Shown here: positions 37,080 through 46,128 of the stretch, in pieces
Numbering within the stretch: the first letter of the stretch is position 1
How the letters are laid out: each line of letters opens with the position of its first letter
Origin: Bacteroidota bacterium
GTDB taxonomy: Bacteria > Bacteroidota > Bacteroidia > Flavobacteriales_D > UBA2798
Assembly (NCBI GenBank): GCA_049322335.1
Contig: JBMORL010000100.1
Location: forward strand, 3,723-67,722
Direction: 5' to 3'
Length of the DNA stretch: 64,000 bases
Notes under the pieces: generated by a model
What the model saw: only the letters and a program-made list of their open reading frames with translations
Database searches by the model: none
What the model was told of the DNA's origin: nothing
Translations under genes and position numbers: made by a program

Positions 37080-39299
37080 GTGCGCAAATTAGTTTTTTTA
37101 CCGGTTGTATTTCTCCTTTCCATTTTTGTATCAGCACAGCCTGAACTGGATGCACTTTTTACCCAACTGGAAAATGCAAAAAGTGACGAAGAAAAATGCG
37201 ACCTGCTGAATGAAATTGCGCTTTTCACCATCAACATCGACCCCGACCAGTCGCTTAATTATGCCAAAAAAGCGAAAGAACTGGCAGAAAAAATAAATTA
37301 CAAAAAAGGACTGGGATTTGCCTATTACAATTTCGGGAATGTAAATTATTACCTGGACGAATACGAAGAAGGAATAAAAAACCTGGAAGAAGCGAGAAAA
37401 AATTTCGAGGAGGTAAAAGATGAAAAGGGATTGGGATATGTTTGCAATACCACAGGAGAAATACGCACACTTGAAGGAAAATATGAAGAAGCACTTTCTG
37501 CACTTTTTGAAGGGCTGGATCATTTTGAAAAAGCAAACGACAATGTAGGCTTATCACGTGTAAACAACAGTATCGGAATCATTCATCATCACCAGAAAAA
37601 TTATGAAGAAGCACTGAAATATTTCAACCAGGCGCTCGCTACTGCCGATGAACCCCGTAAAGGAGATGCTTCGTTATGGATAGGACGTGTGTATGTGGAA
37701 CAAAGTAAGTATTCGGAAGCCGAACGATACCTGAATGATGCGCTGAAAATCGGGGAGAAAAACGAAGACAATTATATTATTTCCGATTGTTATTACCTGT
37801 TGGGAAGGATTGATGCCTTTTATGGTGAAAATGAAAAAGCGCTTGATTATTATAAAAAATGTATTGAAATAAAAAACGAACTGGAAGACAGCCAGGGTAT
37901 CGCACTGGCTTCTATTCATACCGGGAAATTATACCTGTCGGCTAAAAACGCAACTGAAGCGCTCAGTTATTTCCGTAAAGCAAAACTCATCGCCAATGAA
38001 ATCGGTATCAAAGAAGAGTTAAAAGATGCTTATCTCGGCATGTCGAATTCTTTTAACTACCTGAAAAAATTCGACAGTGCCTATTTTTATCTTGATTCAC
38101 ACAACAAAATTTATGAAGAGCTGCTGAGTGAAGATGCTTCGAAAAAACTGGCGCAACTGGAAGCCTCACTGGCGGCACAAAAACGCGAGGATGAAATTGC
38201 CATGCAGAAAAAACTGGATGAAGCCAAAGCCGATGCCGAAAAACAAATGCATGAGAATGAAAAGAAAATGATCTTCTGGATTTCGGTAGCGGTAATTGTT
38301 ATTCTTCTTGGCCTGGCATGGGTTTTTTACAACCGCTACAAACAAAAACAAAAAGCCAACGAACAGCTGGAAAAATTCAACCGCGAAATAAAGGAACAGC
38401 GCGATATCATCGAAGAAAAGAACCGCGACATAATGGATTCGATACGATATGCGAAAAGAATTCAAACCGCTATTCTTCCTGCGCACGAAATGATGGACGA
38501 ACACCTGAATGAATATTTTGTATTGTACAAACCCAAAGACATTGTATCAGGAGATTTTTACTGGGCACAGATGGCAGAAGAACGAAACAGTAAAAAAATA
38601 TTATTTGCAGCTGTTGACTGTACAGGACATGGCGTTCCCGGTGCTTTTGTTTCTATTGTAGGTTTTAACGGATTGAACCGTGCGGTAAAAGAATTCAGGC
38701 TAAACCAGCCCTCACTCATTCTCGACAGGCTGAACGCCATTGTAGAAGAAACTTTTCGTCACCATGGCAAAGACGGTGAAGACATTAAAGACGGGATGGA
38801 TATTTCATTGTGCTCGCTGGAATACAAAGACAAAAACACAGCCACTGTGCAATGGGCCGGGGCAAATAACCCGTTGTGGGTGGTGAGGAAGGGACAGGGG
38901 GACAAGGGACAGGGGCAAGAGAATAGTGATGAGAAAAAGAACAACTCATCAATTGTCACTCATCAGTCATCACCCATTACCGACACATCATTATTCACCG
39001 AAATTAAAGCCGACAAACAACCCATTGGTGCTTATCTTGACAGAAAACCATTTTCCAATCATACATTTGAGCTTGTTAAAGGTGATACCTTATACATATT
39101 CACAGACGGTTATGCCGATCAGTTTGGCGGAGAGAAAGGAAAAAAATTCAAGTATACTTCCATGCGCGATTTGCTTCTCTCTGTTCAACATCTCCCTATG
39201 AAAGAGCAGCGCGAAAAACTCAATAACACAATTGATGCCTGGATGCATAACTCTTTTGAACAGATTGATGATATGTGTATTATTGGGATTAGAATCTGA
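37080..39299 (+). CDS. Periplasmic TPR sensor, TM helix and cytoplasmic SpoIIE/PP2C phosphatase
   Basis: Signal peptide, multiple TPRs, TM IFWISVAVIVILLGLAW, VSGDFYW, DCTGHGVPGA, DGMD, TDGYADQFGG, QIDDM. Confidence 0.93.
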   Translation: MRKLVFLPVVFLLSIFVSAQPELDALFTQLENAKSDEEKCDLLNEIALFTINIDPDQSLNYAKKAKELAEKINYKKGLGFAYYNFGNVNYYLDEYEEGIKNLEEARKNFEEVKDEKGLGYVCNTTGEIRTLEGKYEEALSALFEGLDHFEKANDNVGLSRVNNSIGIIHHHQKNYEEALKYFNQALATADEPRKGDASLWIGRVYVEQSKYSEAERYLNDALKIGEKNEDNYIISDCYYLLGRIDAFYGENEKALDYYKKCIEIKNELEDSQGIALASIHTGKLYLSAKNATEALSYFRKAKLIANEIGIKEELKDAYLGMSNSFNYLKKFDSAYFYLDSHNKIYEELLSEDASKKLAQLEASLAAQKREDEIAMQKKLDEAKADAEKQMHENEKKMIFWISVAVIVILLGLAWVFYNRYKQKQKANEQLEKFNREIKEQRDIIEEKNRDIMDSIRYAKRIQTAILPAHEMMDEHLNEYFVLYKPKDIVSGDFYWAQMAEERNSKKILFAAVDCTGHGVPGAFVSIVGFNGLNRAVKEFRLNQPSLILDRLNAIVEETFRHHGKDGEDIKDGMDISLCSLEYKDKNTATVQWAGANNPLWVVRKGQGDKGQGQENSDEKKNNSSIVTHQSSPITDTSLFTEIKADKQPIGAYLDRKPFSNHTFELVKGDTLYIFTDGYADQFGGEKGKKFKYTSMRDLLLSVQHLPMKEQREKLNNTIDAWMHNSFEQIDDMCIIGIRI

Positions 39300-39312
39300 T
39301 ATTGAAAAAAAC

Positions 39313-39624
39313 TCACTTATCTTTTTTCATCGGTAGTTTAGTCAGTAGTTCTGTTGTTGCTGCATCAGTAGAAATTCCATAGCCTGTGACCAATATACCT
39401 TTAATTCCCTTATCTGACTGAATGGCATAAACTGTCGCTTCATCAGCGGGGTCGGTATTTCCCTCGTAACGATAAATGTCAACAATTTCAAAACCGTCTG
39501 TTTTAAACTGATCGGATCTAAAAGCAATGCAATTTTCTTCCAGGTTAAAATCAGTGGTGAATCCTTTTTTCCGCAGCTCTTCGATAGCTACAGACACTGT
39601 TTCGTAATGTGATTCTCTTCTCAT
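39313..39624 (-). CDS. Conserved small Bacteroidota protein (often mislabelled phosphoribosylpyrophosphate synthetase)
   Basis: YETVSVAIEELRKKGFTTDF...YRYEGNTDPADEATVYAI...GILVTGYG. Confidence 0.8.
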   Translation of the reverse strand: MRRESHYETVSVAIEELRKKGFTTDFNLEENCIAFRSDQFKTDGFEIVDIYRYEGNTDPADEATVYAIQSDKGIKGILVTGYGISTDAATTELLTKLPMKKDK

Positions 39625-39818
39625 TGCCTGCTTTTTATTGTATTCTTTAAAACTATCGCATTCAATAACTCATACAATTTACGAAAATTAAACGGGCCCT
39701 GAAAGAAAAAGAGAAATATATTATCACCAAAAAAGAAAATGAAAAAATATTTTCATTTTGAAAATAAAAATAAAAATATCACGGTGCCACTATTGTTTTT
39801 TTACGCCAACAAACCGGG

Positions 39819-39830
39819 TGATATTTATCA
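39819..39830. promoter_or_regulatory. Putative Crp/Fnr-family box TGAT-N4-ATCA
   Basis: TGATATTTATCA upstream of a TAACTTTA -7-like element (39854-39861) and the universal stress protein gene. Confidence 0.55.
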
Positions 39831-39878
39831 TTCATAATCCGGAAACAATGAAATAACTTTAATCATAAACTTACGATT

Positions 39879-40697
39879 ATGAAAACTATTCTTGTTCCCA
39901 CAGATTATTCGGAAGTTGCGCGCAATGCGATGCAATATGCCGCTGAACTTGCAAAGTTCGAAAACGCGAAGCTTGTTTTATTTCATGCCTACAAGCCTCG
40001 TGTGCTGCTTTCTTCACTGACCCTGATGGATGGAGGATTTGAGGAGGAGAGTATGGAGATGCTCCGAAAATGTGAATCCGATATCCGGAAAAATTTGGGT
40101 GATCTTCCCGAAATTGAATTGGTCACCCGTTTTGGTTTTGTGGTGGAAGAAATCCTGGATATCATTAAAGAAAGAAAAATTGATCTTGTTGTAATGGGTG
40201 TTACAGGGGCAGGCCGCGTCAAAGAAACATTGATGGGAAGTACTGCTACAACTGTCATGCAAAAAACAAATGTCCCCGTATTGATAGTTCCCCCCACCAC
40301 CCGCTTCAAAGTTCCTGAAAAAATTGCTTTGGCACTTGAAAGCAATGTGTTTATTCACGCACCTATCAGGGAAAAAATAAAATATTATGTGAAAAAATTT
40401 GATGCCAGGCTGATGTTGTTCAATATGGTTTTGCGTGAGGAACCGGCTGTATACGGAAAAGAAAGTGATGAAGAATTATATCTCGATCATGCATTTGGCG
40501 ATATGGAGTATGAATTATGCCTTCGTTCGGGAGAAGACCTGGTAGAGGGCCTTAATGCATTTATCGACAGCAGGGGCGTAGATATGTTGATGATGATTCC
40601 GCATGCACACAAACAGTTGTTCGAGGTGTTTTTAAAAAGTAACACCAAAAAAATGGCGTTTCATACTCATATCCCGCTTTTGTCAATACATGAATAG
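39879..40697 (+). CDS. Universal stress protein (tandem Usp domains)
   Basis: MKTILVPTDYS, DLVVMGVTG...LMGSTA..V...PVLIVP. Confidence 0.93.
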   Translation: MKTILVPTDYSEVARNAMQYAAELAKFENAKLVLFHAYKPRVLLSSLTLMDGGFEEESMEMLRKCESDIRKNLGDLPEIELVTRFGFVVEEILDIIKERKIDLVVMGVTGAGRVKETLMGSTATTVMQKTNVPVLIVPPTTRFKVPEKIALALESNVFIHAPIREKIKYYVKKFDARLMLFNMVLREEPAVYGKESDEELYLDHAFGDMEYELCLRSGEDLVEGLNAFIDSRGVDMLMMIPHAHKQLFEVFLKSNTKKMAFHTHIPLLSIHE

Positions 40698-40764
40698 AAA
40701 AACCGGAAGCAGGGTAACCGTGGTTGGTTTAGTTTTAAATAATATAAACAGAAAGGAGTTTTTT

Positions 40765-41196
40765 ATGAATACCATTTCAAAAATTATTCATTGGGGCGAC
40801 ACGCATCATCCGGGATGGATGGATGGGCTGAGAATCTTACTGGGACTGATTTTATTTATCAAAGGAGTTCAGTTTGCCGGGGATCCAAAAGGATTGTATC
40901 AAGTTCTCGAAGGACATGACCTTACGCTTTATTCTTTTTTCCTTGTTAATTATATCGCCATGGCACATTTAGCCGGGGGAGTGCTTATTATCCTGGGGCT
41001 GCTTACACGGATTACAATTCTTTTCCAGTTGCCTATTTTGCTGGGAGCGGTAATTTTCAACGGTATGTCTACCGGCATTCTTGATTTTTATTCAGAATTT
41101 TATCTCTCCCTCTTCACATTGGGTATGCTGGTACTTTTCCTGGTATATGGTTCAGGTCCCGTGTCGATAGATGAACATATAAAACGTAATCCTTAA
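40765..41196 (+). CDS. DoxX family membrane protein
   Basis: LRILLGLILFIKG, HLAGG..IILGLLTR, QLPILLGAV, GSGPVSID. Confidence 0.87.
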   Translation: MNTISKIIHWGDTHHPGWMDGLRILLGLILFIKGVQFAGDPKGLYQVLEGHDLTLYSFFLVNYIAMAHLAGGVLIILGLLTRITILFQLPILLGAVIFNGMSTGILDFYSEFYLSLFTLGMLVLFLVYGSGPVSIDEHIKRNP

Positions 41197-41229
41197 ATGA
41201 TTGCCATAAAAGCACACAGGATCCGGAAA

Positions 41230-41712
41230 TTATTTCAAACACTTCTGCGCAATGGCAAATAATTCTGAGTCTTTGATATTGGTGGCTTTGAGGGGATCGG
41301 GAAAAAGAGCTATCATTTCTTCGAGGGCACAGGGACAGTAGATATCGGCATTTACTGAAGATCCTTTCAGTTTTTCCCGGCATGAGGCATCAAACTGCCT
41401 GCGAATCTCTGCCGACCACCATGCTCCGTACATGGTATTTTTTTCTTTGTTCTTCACCAGTTCATCCACACACTGTTTTGAGAGAGAATCTATCTCTGGC
41501 TGGCTGGCAGAAGCAGCTTCTTTCTCAGAAGAAAATCCGTTAACCATCTTTTCCATCAGGCAGTCGCAGTAAAAAGCAGCAGCTTCTTTATTAAATGAAG
41601 TGGCGGCAGACCCGTGACATTGTTTGCGCAGTTTTTCCTTTCCTTCGGCAGTCCACTGAGCGTTAGTAAACAAGGGGATGAATAATAATATGGTTATTCC
41701 ATATTTTACCAT
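41230..41712 (-). CDS. Secreted protein with two 4-Cys helical repeats
   Basis: Signal peptide MVKYGITILLFIPLFTNA; W..E.....C...YCxC...C occurs twice; overlaps the upstream stop codon. Confidence 0.75.
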   Translation of the reverse strand: MVKYGITILLFIPLFTNAQWTAEGKEKLRKQCHGSAATSFNKEAAAFYCDCLMEKMVNGFSSEKEAASASQPEIDSLSKQCVDELVKNKEKNTMYGAWWSAEIRRQFDASCREKLKGSSVNADIYCPCALEEMIALFPDPLKATNIKDSELFAIAQKCLK

Positions 41713-43589
41713 CTTGTGCCGATAAATAACCCGGCTGCCATATTCAGATACCACCCGGATAACGAAGTACGCGGAGAAAAGGGATCGATGCTTCCATTGG
41801 TCTTCCATTGTTTGTCGGTAACATCCAGCTGATAGCCACCATTTACACCCAGTGTAATCAATTTCCAGTTAAGCCGAAGATCAAGGCCGGCATCAAGCAT
41901 TAATGCGGGATTACGGTACTGAGCCACCTGAACATCATACTGATTGAAAAGAGAGGATGAAGGTGAGTTAGGAAATTCTTCACGGTAATCAAAACGAAGT
42001 GTGGAATAAGCAAGTCCTCCATAAACACTGAAATTGAACAGGCTTCCATAAGTGAGTTCTGCTCCCCCGCACAAACGGATCATCTCTCCGCCCAGCGACA
42101 TGGAAACTGAATCATTAAAATTGTATTGCTGAGTAGTATAAATATCAACACTCAGTGTGGCATAATCCAGTTCATTATAAATATACGTAAAGGCTCCGCC
42201 CACGGAAACCAGCATACCATCAAACGAAAAGGCGCCACCCGTTAGTGAGGCCAGCGACTCATTGAATTTTTTCAGCGAAACAGGCTTTATGCTGTAGGGA
42301 TGAAATTCAAAATTATAGAGATAATAAAAATCTTCATTCTCTTCCGAATACGGGTCAAACTTCTCTTCTTTTTTATCCTCTTTTTTTGAAACAACCGAAG
42401 GATCGTCAGATGGCTTTATCCGGCTGATAATTACATACTGGAATCGTCCACCGAATTTTTCATTGATCACCGAGTCTCCCTCCACGCGGTAGAGTGTTTG
42501 TTTTCCGTCTTCAGATTTATCTGTAATGTATTTCAGGTCTTCTTCGGCAGCCACTTCTGTTTCGTAAGTGTTTCCGTTGGGATAAAAATTGGCAATAGCA
42601 CACACTTTTCCGTTGATGTGGGTGTTATCGGAATTCCTGATGCGTGTAGCCAGCGTTTTGTAATAATAATATCCGCACCATTTATCCTGTAATTCCAGTT
42701 GTGTATGGCACCGGCCAAACTGCGCATAAAATTTCCCACCGGGATATTTTTCCACCATTTTTAAAAACTTATCGTACATGAATTGTTCGCGGTAAATGTA
42801 TTCCTGCACAGTAGAAGTATATTCTTCGCGAACCATCTGCGATTTGAGCCCTTCAATAATTTCATTAAACCCTGCCGCATTCTCACCGAGATAATTAACA
42901 TATACTTCTTTCTTTGTATCATAATCTTCGAGGATTTTTTTCAGCGAGCTTTTATCGGAGATGTAACGGTTTTCATATTTGTTTTTCGACCCGTCTTCTT
43001 CCAGTTCGTCACGATCGTTTTTATCATCGTGCATCAGCGCGAGCGCTTTCAGTGATTCTACTGTGAGGGAAATTTCTTCGGGAGCTTCTTTTTCGGGCAA
43101 CAACATGCTCAGCACTTTCAGCGGGGTAGCAACAGACCGCTCTATATCAATTCCGTCAACCGTCACTCTGTCGGCACTGTCGAGCGTTTTATTAAATTCC
43201 CATATCCCTTTATACAATAAAGCGTATTCTTCGTAGGAATAATCCTTGAGAATTTTATACAATGAAGTGTCACCGGTTTGTACATATTTATTCACCAGCC
43301 ATCCGCGGCTGTATCCAAACTCCAGGAACAGGTGACGCACACCTGCTTTTTTGTGCAGGTAACGCAGCATTTTTAACTGAAGCATGTAATTGCTTTTGCG
43401 AAACAGGTGGTTTTCGCCAGTAAAAAACACATTATAGTTGCCCACTACCGAGTCGAGCATGGCAAACGAAGAAAAATCATCGTTAGCGGTAATATCCAAT
43501 ACCGACTTATGGCTGTTTTTCTCCTGGGCTTCTCCCGCCCCGGGAGCCATTAAAAACAGAAAAAAGAGGGGTAAAAATGTCCTTGTCAT
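41706..43589 (-). CDS. Erythromycin-esterase (EreA/ChaN-like) domain fused to a C-terminal outer-membrane beta-barrel
   Basis: FTGENH, LFLEFG, GIDIE, REQFMY, FGRCH; charged linker; alternating strands ending GWYLNMAAGLFIGTRW. Confidence 0.72.
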   Translation of the reverse strand: MTRTFLPLFFLFLMAPGAGEAQEKNSHKSVLDITANDDFSSFAMLDSVVGNYNVFFTGENHLFRKSNYMLQLKMLRYLHKKAGVRHLFLEFGYSRGWLVNKYVQTGDTSLYKILKDYSYEEYALLYKGIWEFNKTLDSADRVTVDGIDIERSVATPLKVLSMLLPEKEAPEEISLTVESLKALALMHDDKNDRDELEEDGSKNKYENRYISDKSSLKKILEDYDTKKEVYVNYLGENAAGFNEIIEGLKSQMVREEYTSTVQEYIYREQFMYDKFLKMVEKYPGGKFYAQFGRCHTQLELQDKWCGYYYYKTLATRIRNSDNTHINGKVCAIANFYPNGNTYETEVAAEEDLKYITDKSEDGKQTLYRVEGDSVINEKFGGRFQYVIISRIKPSDDPSVVSKKEDKKEEKFDPYSEENEDFYYLYNFEFHPYSIKPVSLKKFNESLASLTGGAFSFDGMLVSVGGAFTYIYNELDYATLSVDIYTTQQYNFNDSVSMSLGGEMIRLCGGAELTYGSLFNFSVYGGLAYSTLRFDYREEFPNSPSSSLFNQYDVQVAQYRNPALMLDAGLDLRLNWKLITLGVNGGYQLDVTDKQWKTNGSIDPFSPRTSLSGWYLNMAAGLFIGTRW

Positions 43590-43649
43590 AGTTAGAATTA
43601 CCTAAATTTAGTGATTAGAACGGTGATTTTAAAAAAAATTACGGGGATT

Positions 43650-43675
43650 TGTAACTTTCTGCCAAATACAGGTTA
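43650..43675 (+). promoter_or_regulatory. Putative autoregulatory ECF promoter TGTAAC-N16-GTTA
   Basis: TGTAAC at 43650-43655 and GTTA at 43672-43675, just upstream of the sigma ATG at 43699. Confidence 0.5.
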
Positions 43676-43698
43676 TAACTACAGTTTAAAGGGAACAA

Positions 43699-44280
43699 AT
43701 GCTGCATACCTCAAAGTACCATAAAAACGAACAACAGCTACAGGAAGAGCTCAGGCAGATTGAGGCTGCGCGGCAAAACCCGGCACGGTTTGAACCTTTG
43801 TATAACGCTTATTATGAACCCATTTTCCGCTATGTATACCAGCGGGTTGAGGATAAGGAAAGTGCTTTTGATATTACTTCACAGGTTTTTTTAAAGGCTC
43901 TTACCAACCTGCCGAAATACCAGTATAAAGGTGTTCCTTTTGCCTCGTGGCTCTATCGCATTGCCACTAACGAGGTGTATGAATCTTTCCGGCAAAACCA
44001 GGCTAAACGGGCCATTAATGTGGACTCGGTTCACCTGTTTGATATGATAGACGATATGGAAGAAGCCCGGGGACAGGAAATGCATGATTTGTTGCTAAAG
44101 GTGTTACCCGAACTGGCCGAAGACGACCTGCAGATGATAGAGATGCGCTATTTTGAAAAAAGAAGTTTTAAGGAAGTCAGCGAAATACTGGATATCACAG
44201 AAACCAATGCAAAAGTGAGAGCACACCGGATAATAGAGAAACTTAAGAAAATTTTTCATAAACATTTAAAGGAACTCTGA
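43699..44280 (+). CDS. ECF RNA polymerase sigma factor
   Basis: FEPLYNAYYEPIFRY, DITSQVFLKA, FASWLYRIA, YFEKRSFKEVSEIL. Confidence 0.93.
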   Translation: MLHTSKYHKNEQQLQEELRQIEAARQNPARFEPLYNAYYEPIFRYVYQRVEDKESAFDITSQVFLKALTNLPKYQYKGVPFASWLYRIATNEVYESFRQNQAKRAINVDSVHLFDMIDDMEEARGQEMHDLLLKVLPELAEDDLQMIEMRYFEKRSFKEVSEILDITETNAKVRAHRIIEKLKKIFHKHLKEL

Positions 44281-44311
44281 ACGAGAACAGAGTTTCGCAA
44301 TATACATTACA

Positions 44312-46120
44312 ATGAAACCTAAAATAAATCTTAACCGTCCTTCAGTCAGCACTGAAGAAATATTGGCGGGAAAGAATTTCAATCAGCTGATGGGAAATTA
44401 TAAACTGCTGGCCAAACCGTTTTATAAATCCGCCTGGTTCATCTCAACGGCCGTTGCCACTGTTGCCACTGTTGCCGTTGTTGTTACCTTAAACCTTACC
44501 AGCGAAAATCCTCCGGCAAATGAGAACGCTGTTGTTGCCACCGAAACCGAAGATTCGGTGAAAAGAACTACTGCGATTGTGAAGTACGATGAAGATTCTC
44601 CCTGTATCAATGCGCCTGTAAAAGGAGCTGAAAAACCTTATTCCGTGTATACTTCGGATGCAGACAAAGAAATAAAATTCACTCATTTTACCGGAACAGA
44701 AGTAAAAATTCCGGCCGGTGCAATGACGGATGAAGCCGGAAAAACGGTAAACGGAAAAGTGGAAATAAAATACCGCGAGTTTCATGATGTAGTAGACATT
44801 TTCCTCAGCGGAATTCCCATGACCTATGATTCGGCTGGAATACAGTCGCACTTTCAGTCGGCAGGAATGATAGAGATACTGGCTTACCAGAACGGAAAGC
44901 CATTGCAGCTAAAACCCGAAAAACCTATCGAAATAAAACTCGCATCGCTGCAGCCGGGAACTGAATTCAACGTATATGCGCTGGATACCGCTTCCAAAAA
45001 CTGGGTGTTTAAAGGAAAAGATGTGGTGACCAATGCCGGAACTAATGCGAAACCCGTTATGAACGACACTTCTGCCCTGCTCGCTTTGCACAGGAAAAAA
45101 GATGTGGAGTTGGGAAAAATAAAATCTGAAATTCAGAAAGTAGAAAAAGAAATAAAAACATTATCGGCCGAAAAACCGGTGGAACCAAAAAAAGTAAATT
45201 ACGGAAAATATAATTTTGATATTGATGTAGACAAAAACGAGTTTCCCGAATTAGCCGTTTTTGAAAATACAAGATTTGAGGTAGGCCCTGAAAGCAGCCG
45301 CGATTTTACTTCTGATTATTATAAAACGGAATGGGAAGACGCACAGCTGAAACCGAACAAAAAAAACGTGAACTACCTGCTTACGCTGAAAAAAGGAGAT
45401 CTAAAGAAAACCGTGATCGTTTATCCCGTTTATGACGAGACCAATTACCCGGATGCAAAAGCGAACTTTGATGAAAAGATGAAGGGATACAGTGCGAAGC
45501 TGGAAGAAAAAGAAAAAAGAAAAAATGAACTCACCGAAGAAGAAAACGCCACCCGTTTGCGCTGGGAGAAAGAAATTATTTCCAACCGCCATAAGATGAT
45601 GAGCGAACTGGAAATGGAAAGGCAACAACGGGAAGTAAACAATAAAACCACCCTGTATGCCAGTGTGGGAAATAACCTGGGCGATTATGCCGCCAACTTC
45701 ACCCAATACCGTGTACTTGATGCCAACACTGCCGTAACGCGTACTTTCCAGGCCGATGGTTTTGGAGTATTTAATTGCGATAATCCCAAACAACTTCCAA
45801 AAGGAGAAAGAGTGATCGCTTCTTTCAGCAATAAATTTACCAATGTTTTTTGTAATCCCAATTTTGTTTACCTGATGGAAAGAAACACCAACTCGGTGTT
45901 TACGTATACCCCCGCCACGTATGGCGCATTTAAGTTTGATCCGGATCACGAAAATTTTATTATCACTACGCTGAGTGACGGAAGGGTAGCTGTTTTTAGC
46001 AGTAAAAGCTTTTCAGAGATGCCCAAACGTATGAGAGAATATAATTTCCAGTTGCATGTATTCAATGAAATTCCGCGAACCGAACAAAAAGTAAGGGAGA
46101 TGCTCGGCATATCTACGTAA
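44312..46120 (+). CDS. Single-TM protein with a large periplasmic region; candidate anti-sigma factor
   Basis: Short cytoplasmic N-terminus, TM, GTEVKIPAGA..KYREF..SAGMIEI domain, coiled-coil insert, FGVFNCD motif. Confidence 0.72.
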   Translation: MKPKINLNRPSVSTEEILAGKNFNQLMGNYKLLAKPFYKSAWFISTAVATVATVAVVVTLNLTSENPPANENAVVATETEDSVKRTTAIVKYDEDSPCINAPVKGAEKPYSVYTSDADKEIKFTHFTGTEVKIPAGAMTDEAGKTVNGKVEIKYREFHDVVDIFLSGIPMTYDSAGIQSHFQSAGMIEILAYQNGKPLQLKPEKPIEIKLASLQPGTEFNVYALDTASKNWVFKGKDVVTNAGTNAKPVMNDTSALLALHRKKDVELGKIKSEIQKVEKEIKTLSAEKPVEPKKVNYGKYNFDIDVDKNEFPELAVFENTRFEVGPESSRDFTSDYYKTEWEDAQLKPNKKNVNYLLTLKKGDLKKTVIVYPVYDETNYPDAKANFDEKMKGYSAKLEEKEKRKNELTEEENATRLRWEKEIISNRHKMMSELEMERQQREVNNKTTLYASVGNNLGDYAANFTQYRVLDANTAVTRTFQADGFGVFNCDNPKQLPKGERVIASFSNKFTNVFCNPNFVYLMERNTNSVFTYTPATYGAFKFDPDHENFIITTLSDGRVAVFSSKSFSEMPKRMREYNFQLHVFNEIPRTEQKVREMLGIST

Positions 46121-46128
46121 TTTTTCTA

